Shown here: positions 24,093 through 30,422 of the stretch, one piece after another
Layout of the letters: every line of letters begins with the position of its first letter
Numbering within the stretch: the first letter of the stretch is position 1
From: a virus
Taxonomy: Duplodnaviria; Caudoviricetes
Virus record (IMG/VR): IMGVR_UViG_3300022072_000085
Coordinates: 1 to 30,422 of that record
Reading direction: 5' to 3' (one strand)
Length of the DNA: 30,422 nucleotides
Made by a program: the position numbers and the translations under genes
Notes under the pieces: generated by a model
The model's input: the letters and a program-made list of their open reading frames with translations, nothing else
What the model was told of the DNA's origin: nothing
Database searches by the model: none

Positions 24093-25773
24093 GGATAGAG
24101 TAAGGTTTCATACTGAGTCCTATGCAGGTAACAACGGCGTAGATAACTTCTATTTACATGATTACTTCAATTGGATAGGGACTTTAATACCTGAGGATAA
24201 ACTCAGACTTTATAAGTCCATGTTCAGATTTCCTTCTGAGTCTTGTACCTTATCTGATAAGGTGTTTGACATATACGAAAAGATATTCGACGGGCAAGAT
24301 GCAAGCTTCAACTATGATTTCAATAGCAAAGAGACTAAGCAGAATGCTTTATCTTTTTTAGAAGAAATCGAGTTTAGATACAATTGGAGAAAAGACTCCA
24401 TGAGGAAGTTTAGAACAGGTCACAATTCCTTGGTAGTTATAGATTTGCCTCAAGAGCAAAAAAATGATCAGCCAAACCCCTATTATTTCTTCTTAGATAT
24501 AAGAAGCGTGATTCATGTTCAAACTTCCAAAAATTGTATCGACTGGTTAGTTTTTAGGATTAACGATGAGACTATAGCTGTATTAGATGATACATCTTAC
24601 CGGTTGTTTCAAGTCGATGATGCTCAAATAACTAAACTGCTTTTTGAGAAAGAACATGGATTAGGTTATACTCCATGTTGCTGGTTAGTTGATGATTTAA
24701 TCGACGAACGAACACCTATAATTAGACGCAGCCCTATAACTGCTTATCTAACCCAATACGATAAATACTTACTTTTTACGGTTTCTAAACAGGTTTTTGA
24801 CCTTTACGGTCCTTATCCTATTATATGGGTATTCAGCGAAGATTGCGAATACATGCAGGAATCGACTAGAGGAGATGAGTATACTAGAATAGAATGTAGA
24901 GGTGGGTATCTAGTAAATGAGAGTGGAGTTTCCTTGCTAGATGGCTCTAAACTTAAAGAATGCCCAGAATGTGCTAGAAGACGGATTACAGGAGCTGGAG
25001 GTATATTGGAAGTTGAGCCCCCATCAGGTATGAATGAGAAAACAAATCTCAGAGAGCCTGTAGGTATTGTGGAAATTGGCACTGGGCAACTCAATTACAA
25101 TGTAGAAGAGGTTGAGAGACGAAAAACAGAGATACTTAAAGGACTTACAGGTAACGACATAGATTTTATAACCGAAGCAGTCAATAAGACTCAAATGGTT
25201 GGATCTTTTGAAAGTAGAAAGAGTATACTACTTAAAATTAAGATCGGTTTTGAAAAAGTGGAGAACTTCGTTACTAAAACTATGCTTAGATTACGATTCA
25301 ATGAAAAATTGAATGTATCTATATCATACGGAAGTGAGTTTTATTTATATGATGCTGATACAATACTAAAGAACTACACAGATAGACGAGCTAGTAAATT
25401 GGATGTAGCTACTTTGGATTATTTACATGATCAGTATACGAGTACAAGATTTAAGAACAATAACTATGCTCTAAAGCGTAGTTTGATAGTTAATAACTTA
25501 GATCCTTTACGCCATGTAACCTTAGAAGAAGCTATAAAGCTTCAAGGATTAGATGTAATAAGCTTAGAGGATTTACAAGTAAAAGCTAATTTATCTTCTT
25601 TGATAGCCAGGTTTGAAAGAGAGCAGATAAGCATAGTGGAATACGGAGAAGATTTAACTTTTGAAGCTAAAATTAAAGATATTAAGAAAACTATAAAAAC
25701 TTATTTACATGAAAAAAGTAATCAAGACCCCAGTAGTGACTCCGAAGCAGGAGCCAACAGCACCCAAGTCTAG
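24010..25773 (+). CDS. Portal protein (putative) with a Cys-rich insertion
   Basis: About 590 aa, between TerL and scaffold/capsid; helical; C...CRGG...CPEC segment. Start 24010 (MSIKQ) or 23986. Confidence 0.75.
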   Translation: MSIKQKEVQKSLDELPVKDQLSQAIQLEDRVRFHTESYAGNNGVDNFYLHDYFNWIGTLIPEDKLRLYKSMFRFPSESCTLSDKVFDIYEKIFDGQDASFNYDFNSKETKQNALSFLEEIEFRYNWRKDSMRKFRTGHNSLVVIDLPQEQKNDQPNPYYFFLDIRSVIHVQTSKNCIDWLVFRINDETIAVLDDTSYRLFQVDDAQITKLLFEKEHGLGYTPCCWLVDDLIDERTPIIRRSPITAYLTQYDKYLLFTVSKQVFDLYGPYPIIWVFSEDCEYMQESTRGDEYTRIECRGGYLVNESGVSLLDGSKLKECPECARRRITGAGGILEVEPPSGMNEKTNLREPVGIVEIGTGQLNYNVEEVERRKTEILKGLTGNDIDFITEAVNKTQMVGSFESRKSILLKIKIGFEKVENFVTKTMLRLRFNEKLNVSISYGSEFYLYDADTILKNYTDRRASKLDVATLDYLHDQYTSTRFKNNNYALKRSLIVNNLDPLRHVTLEEAIKLQGLDVISLEDLQVKANLSSLIARFEREQISIVEYGEDLTFEAKIKDIKKTIKTYLHEKSNQDPSSDSEAGANSTQV

Positions 25774-26023
25774 GTTTACACCTAATGCAACACAGCAGAA
25801 AGATTTAGATAATTTACCTGATGACTTCGTAGCTGTGGTTATTGAGAAGAGAGAAAGAGATCCTGATACAGGTGAATTGGTATCTAAACCTATATTATAT
25901 ATGACCGACAAAAGAAGTTGGTCTACATTCTATTCTAATAGAGCTAGTCAAGGTTATAAGGTTAATGAGGTATTAGCAGGAGTAGAGGGAGTAAAGCGGG
26001 ATCCTGACAAAGGATGGAACTAA
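25709..26023 (+). CDS. Hypothetical head-module protein
   Basis: 104-aa ORF overlapping the portal end; RDPDTGELVSKP motif. Confidence 0.65.
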   Translation: MKKVIKTPVVTPKQEPTAPKSRFTPNATQQKDLDNLPDDFVAVVIEKRERDPDTGELVSKPILYMTDKRSWSTFYSNRASQGYKVNEVLAGVEGVKRDPDKGWN

Positions 26024-26059
26024 CTGATTAATTAACTAAACATAAAATAGAGCCTTTTT

Positions 26060-26917
26060 ATGAACACGATTTTAGACTTATTAAACACACAAGAAGATCT
26101 TAAAACATTACCTGAAGATCAGAAAAAGCAGATTGAAAGCATATTCACTGCTCAACTTGGAGCTCAGCACAAAAAGATCCATTCAACCTACGACGGTTTA
26201 GTAAAAGAAGTTTTAGGTGAAGATAAACCAGGAGGTACATTATCTTCTGACTTTATCAAAAACAAGTTAACAGGATTACTTAGCGAAAGAGACACTCTTA
26301 AAGAAGAGTTAAAAGGTAAGATTCCTGAAGGAGCTGCAAAGCAGAAATTAGCTGATGCTGAAAAGCTTGTTACTGATCTTAGAACAGAACTAAGCGAAGC
26401 AGAAGCTAAATTTAATGCTAATCTACACAGCATTAAAGTTAACAACCACCTAGCAACAGCTTTAAACAAGTTGAAATTTGTAGATGAGGAAACCATTCCT
26501 AAAGTAGTAAGAGACAGCTACGTTAAGAGTGCTTTAGCTGAAATACAAAATGAATTTAAGTTAGAGCTAGGAGAGGATGGTGGAGCTGTGTATAGAAACA
26601 AAACCACAGGTGATATACATGCCAATAAGAGCAATGCTTTGAGGCCTTATACAACTGAGGAGCTTTTAGCTGAGAAGTTAAAGCATGTAACAAAGCAAAA
26701 TGTGGTGAGAGAAGGTTTAGGACTTAATACCAAGGTCATTAAAGCTCCAGGGATAGAATCTGATATAAAGATAACAGCTTCCTCTAAAATAGAGGCTGAT
26801 GAGCAGATCAGAAAAGCCTTAAGTGCTAAAGGTATTGAAACAAGCAGTAATAAATACCAAGATATGTTCTCTAAAGCGAGAGCAGCTAACAATGTTAGTG
26901 AATTACCAACGAGATAA
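26060..26917 (+). CDS. Putative capsid scaffolding protein
   Basis: Charged, coiled-coil-rich 285 aa directly upstream of the capsid gene. Confidence 0.65.
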   Translation: MNTILDLLNTQEDLKTLPEDQKKQIESIFTAQLGAQHKKIHSTYDGLVKEVLGEDKPGGTLSSDFIKNKLTGLLSERDTLKEELKGKIPEGAAKQKLADAEKLVTDLRTELSEAEAKFNANLHSIKVNNHLATALNKLKFVDEETIPKVVRDSYVKSALAEIQNEFKLELGEDGGAVYRNKTTGDIHANKSNALRPYTTEELLAEKLKHVTKQNVVREGLGLNTKVIKAPGIESDIKITASSKIEADEQIRKALSAKGIETSSNKYQDMFSKARAANNVSELPTR

Positions 26918-26975
26918 TAAGCGTCTAGAGCCACGGCGTTGAAGTATATTTTTTTTAATTTATCAATGAATTTAT

Positions 26976-28025
26976 ATGTCTTTAGTAACAACGTTATCAC
27001 AGGAGTTCAGACGAATGACTCCTAGGTTCGATAATTTCGAGCTACGTCTTACTACCGCTGGGCTATACGATGCTTTTTTACGTCAAACTAAAGGATCATC
27101 TAGTTTCATCACGCCTGCTTTAAAGCAGACTGCTGCGATGTCCCCCGGTAGAGATTTAAAGATCCCAGTGATCAATTACAAGGATGTTACCGTCCGGTCC
27201 ACTCGTCCTCTGACGATCGTGGCTGATGAAAACACATCCGCTCTTTACACAGTTGTTTGGAACACGTATGCTTACGGTTTCAAAATGTACCGAGCACAGC
27301 ACAAGAACAACGACGTGTCTTACCAGTTAGATTGGAACAAGAAGTATTTGGCAATGATTAAGAAAATGCGGTCAACGATTGAAGCTGCAGCTTATACAGC
27401 TATCGATGCAGCTAAAACGCAAGTTTTACCTACTGTTGTTGGTGGTCATACATTCGCAACGAGTTTATTGAGTGAAACCGGAATTGCAACTCTTAATGAT
27501 AGTTATATCCTTAACGATTTGGATCCTTCCATGAATACTAACGATTTTGACTTCTTCGGAGGTGATATTGTTGGTAACCAAGGTTTGAATGCGATTCTAT
27601 CTCGTATGGCTGGATTTAGCAAGTTCAATAGTGAGAACAAAACTCTTCCTTACCAGGATAAGTTTATGCACTTCTCTAATTCTATTCCTGATGCTGGTGC
27701 AGCGAAAGCTACTGGATTTGGTATTGCAGATGGTCACTTAGGACTATTAACTAGAGTTGAGCCAGATTCTGAAATGAGAACTAAGCTGAAAACAGGTCAT
27801 GAATGGGATAAAGTGAATGTTCCTTTACTAGGAATCGAAATGGGTTCTTATACTTACGAAGAAGCAGTTGATGCATCTGGTTTAGGTGCTCATGCAACCC
27901 ACTTAACAAGAACAGGAGCTGAGGTATTTGACTTCGCAGTCGATATGGCTTTTGTAATTGCCTACAACTCTGATCGAACTACTATTCCAAGTGGTATCTT
28001 GAAATTTGATATTGCAACAGTATAA
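26976..28025 (+). CDS. Major capsid protein
   Basis: 349 aa after the scaffold; GRDLKIPVINY E-loop-like motif; followed by a strong terminator. Confidence 0.8.
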   Translation: MSLVTTLSQEFRRMTPRFDNFELRLTTAGLYDAFLRQTKGSSSFITPALKQTAAMSPGRDLKIPVINYKDVTVRSTRPLTIVADENTSALYTVVWNTYAYGFKMYRAQHKNNDVSYQLDWNKKYLAMIKKMRSTIEAAAYTAIDAAKTQVLPTVVGGHTFATSLLSETGIATLNDSYILNDLDPSMNTNDFDFFGGDIVGNQGLNAILSRMAGFSKFNSENKTLPYQDKFMHFSNSIPDAGAAKATGFGIADGHLGLLTRVEPDSEMRTKLKTGHEWDKVNVPLLGIEMGSYTYEEAVDASGLGAHATHLTRTGAEVFDFAVDMAFVIAYNSDRTTIPSGILKFDIATV

Positions 28026-28045
28026 AATTTCATAGTTTTCCATAA

Positions 28046-28083
28046 GGCAGGAAGCTTTAGTGCTTAGTTTCCTGCCGCTTTTT
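28046..28083 (+). terminator. Intrinsic terminator after the capsid gene
   Basis: GGCAGGAAGCT/AGTTTCCTGCC stem followed by GC-TTTTT. Confidence 0.8.
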
Positions 28084-28096
28084 AACTAACACATCT

Positions 28097-29215
28097 ATGT
28101 TTAATATAACAACTATAAAAACTGAATTTGCGGACTTAGTAGGATGGCGTCAAAGCCTAAGTACTGATGACGTTCAGATAGATGCTGCACTGTTAACTAG
28201 CACATCAGGATTATACTATTCAGACATTCACCCACTGTTGACTTATGCTAATATAGCCTCTGTAGCTCCTGATTATGCCTCTATAGTTGGAGCTACAGAA
28301 ACTATAAATGACTTCTTAACTCAAAAGACAGATCAAAGTATTATTAACCTACTACACAAGTGGTTAGGCCAGAAGATAGTTAAGAAGACAGCAAAAAACC
28401 TCTTATCCAGAAAGAAACTATTTGAATTGTCAGGCAATCTCACAAATTTAACTGCTTCATCAGATAAGCGAGTAGGCTATGAGATAGTGCCTAAGAGACG
28501 AACAGGGATTAAATTCACAATAACCCAATTAGGTTTATTGTTTACAGATGCTCAGCCTAGTTTAGATATAAAGCTATTTAGGTCTGGGACTAGTGCTCCT
28601 ATATATACTGAGAATGTTAACTACGATACAGCTGGATCTGAAAAGTGGATTACTATAACTACTCCTTGGGAATTAGATTCAGGTTATTCTTACTACTTAC
28701 AGTATGATCACAATGTTATAGCTGGTTCTTCAATCAATGGAGCTGAGGATCATACGCTTGGAGGTAATGGAACACATGCTTTTAACAGCAACCGATACTT
28801 TAGCATACATGGAATAACGACACTTAATTCAAATGCTGCTTTAGGTGACTTAGAGAATACTGTATATTCTCATGATGACAACTACGGAATAAATCTTAAG
28901 TTCGACGTTAGATGTGACTATACTAGTTTTATTGCTGATACTAAAGGATTATTTGCTAGAGCTGTACAACTGCAGGTTGGTATAGACATGTTAAATCTAC
29001 TTCAATCTAACCCTGAAAGTAGAGTTAACAGAAATGAAGCTAATATCAACTGGCAGAAGATGCAATTAGCCTTATATGGCGAATCTGATAAGAAGCCTTA
29101 TGGTTTAGTACACGATTTAGACTTAGCTATTAAAGCCATACAGTTTGATGTAACTGGAATAGATAGTGTGTGTTTACCTTGTGGTCGATCAGGTGTTAGA
29201 TACAAGACAATATGA
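28097..29215 (+). CDS. Head-completion/adaptor-like virion protein with a beta-rich central insertion
   Basis: Follows the capsid gene; helical N- and C-termini (LVGWRQ, SGLYYSDIHPLLT, CLPC) around a beta-rich core. Confidence 0.5.
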   Translation: MFNITTIKTEFADLVGWRQSLSTDDVQIDAALLTSTSGLYYSDIHPLLTYANIASVAPDYASIVGATETINDFLTQKTDQSIINLLHKWLGQKIVKKTAKNLLSRKKLFELSGNLTNLTASSDKRVGYEIVPKRRTGIKFTITQLGLLFTDAQPSLDIKLFRSGTSAPIYTENVNYDTAGSEKWITITTPWELDSGYSYYLQYDHNVIAGSSINGAEDHTLGGNGTHAFNSNRYFSIHGITTLNSNAALGDLENTVYSHDDNYGINLKFDVRCDYTSFIADTKGLFARAVQLQVGIDMLNLLQSNPESRVNRNEANINWQKMQLALYGESDKKPYGLVHDLDLAIKAIQFDVTGIDSVCLPCGRSGVRYKTI

Positions 29216-29640
29216 GTTTTCTAAATAAGATAAAAGGTTTAGGTTCATACATAATCAATAGGTCTAAGATCATTGAAGAAGTATTGAATGAGCTTAAAGA
29301 CGATATAGCTGAAATGAATAGGCAACAAATGCTTAGAGGAGAGACGAGTAAAGGAGGTCCTATACTACCTGAATATGCAGACAGCTACTTAAAAACCAAA
29401 AGAAAATTAAGTCAACCGTCATACGTCACCTTATTTAAAACAGGTGATTTTCATAGTTCTATAAAAACTGAAGTGACTCGTAAGCGATTCGAGTTAATCG
29501 CCACAGATGAAAAAACAGAAAAACTATTAGCTAAATACGGTGAAGATGTTTTAGGTTTGAACGATCAAAACCTTAAGATAATAAAAGATAAAATAGCAGA
29601 TAGACTAAATTCAAAATTCAAAGAAGCTATAAATGTATAA
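29212..29640 (+). CDS. Putative neck/tail-completion protein
   Basis: MNRQQM..G...G, YLKTK, VTLFKTGDFHSSI and KYGEDVLGL pattern of phage morphogenesis proteins. Confidence 0.55.
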   Translation: MSFLNKIKGLGSYIINRSKIIEEVLNELKDDIAEMNRQQMLRGETSKGGPILPEYADSYLKTKRKLSQPSYVTLFKTGDFHSSIKTEVTRKRFELIATDEKTEKLLAKYGEDVLGLNDQNLKIIKDKIADRLNSKFKEAINV

Positions 29641-30223
29641 TCCAGCGAAACCTATATTAGCAGATGCCGTTTATTTCGATAAAGCTTTTGCTGAGATCGG
29701 TGATAAGCTTTCAACTGATTTAACATGGTTAACTAATAACTATGGAAGAGCTGAATACATACCCGAATTGGATGATCTAGGGAAGGTCTATGGGAAAACC
29801 ATATATTTCCCTGCAGTTTACGTCGGGGACCCTAAGAAGCCAACAGAATACCTCAGTATGATGCCAGATGAGCATCTTGATAACCACGTTTTCTTTTTAC
29901 TAGAAGATGTACAAGAGATAAATCCTAGATTAGGAACTATAGGTAATATGAAATCTGAGTTCTCCATCATTTTTTGGTGGGACTACAGAAAGGTATATGT
30001 AGATCACCTTGTAAGATCTGTAGAGAATGTCAAGAAAGATATTTTAACTGTATTATTAAAAGCAGCTTTCAAAACATGCACATTGGATATTAAGTTTAGT
30101 TACGTTGATAACAAAAATGTCTATCTAAATTTTGAAGCTGATCAAGTTAATAGAAAGTACTTGATGCGCCCTTATGGCGGATTGAAATTATCTGGAACCA
30201 TTAAATTAAACACGACATGTTAG
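29633..30223 (+). CDS. Putative tail terminator protein
   Basis: Position and size; L...LTWL...YG...FPAVY pattern. Confidence 0.45.
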   Translation: MYNPAKPILADAVYFDKAFAEIGDKLSTDLTWLTNNYGRAEYIPELDDLGKVYGKTIYFPAVYVGDPKKPTEYLSMMPDEHLDNHVFFLLEDVQEINPRLGTIGNMKSEFSIIFWWDYRKVYVDHLVRSVENVKKDILTVLLKAAFKTCTLDIKFSYVDNKNVYLNFEADQVNRKYLMRPYGGLKLSGTIKLNTTC

Positions 30224-30396
30224 AACAGTTATTACTTAGACTAGGATTTGTTAAACTCGATGTTCTTTTAAAGGAACGCCTAAAATCCTTTGAACTAGAA
30301 AAGAAACTAAAGAGAATTGAGGAAAAAAAATCCTTTGAACTAGAAAAGAAACTAAAGAGAATTGAGGAAAAAAAAACATTAGGCAAGATCTCTTAA
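30217..30396 (+). CDS. 59-aa basic protein with a 15-aa tandem duplication (not in track)
   Basis: MLEQLLLRLGFVKLDVLLKERL(KSFELEKKLKRIEEK)x2KTLGKIS*; overlaps the upstream stop. Confidence 0.55.
   Translation: MLEQLLLRLGFVKLDVLLKERLKSFELEKKLKRIEEKKSFELEKKLKRIEEKKTLGKIS
30282..30371 (+). repeat. Perfect 45-bp tandem duplication
   Basis: TCCTTTGAACTAGAAAAGAAACTAAAGAGAATTGAGG starts at 30286 and again at 30331. Confidence 0.95.
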
Positions 30397-30422
30397 CTAA
30401 CCACAACCGGCCTGCTCTCAAG

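Noticed and set aside
1081-30386. Short opposite-strand or nested track ORFs (e.g. 1081-1263, 2557-2832, 6798-7103, 13199-13444, 24813-25094, 26647-27000, 30201-30386)
   Set aside because: They are shadows of well-supported genes and show no motifs.

Overview
A 30.4-kb segment of a tailed dsDNA phage, most likely a siphovirus of Bacteroidota. Host clues are a TAnnTTTG -7 promoter element, A-rich leaders without Shine-Dalgarno sites, and an NVFIG..AG-type tail fibre repeat. Layout: (i) 1-2869 (+), end of the late operon, with a tail fibre carrying a Peptidase_S74 chaperone and small membrane/lysis-type genes, closed by a bidirectional terminator. (ii) 2929-14963 (-), replication and nucleotide module: dCMP deaminase, SNF2 helicase, VRR-NUC, VirE primase-helicase, PolA (Leu762 type), DUF2815 SSB, DUF2800 nuclease, an HTH protein, a T4 gp42-like dCMP-specific thymidylate-synthase homologue, a dUTPase and a small-molecule-type SAM methyltransferase. 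(iii) 15119-20026 (-), hypothetical early genes with two paralog families and intergenic hairpins. (iv) 20030-21500, a ~1.4-kb divergent non-coding region with an AT-rich tract, four 29-bp palindromes and an 18-bp-period TGAAnnTTCA array. (v) 21505-30422 (+), TerS, TerL, tail tube, portal, scaffold, capsid and head-tail genes. Best leads: a candidate cytosine (hyper)modification pathway (gp42-like enzyme plus O-methyltransferase-like enzyme, no glycosyltransferase seen), a dispersed three-copy bipartite ~90-bp DNA element, and the layered repeats upstream of terS. All family assignments come from reading motifs by eye; no searches were run.
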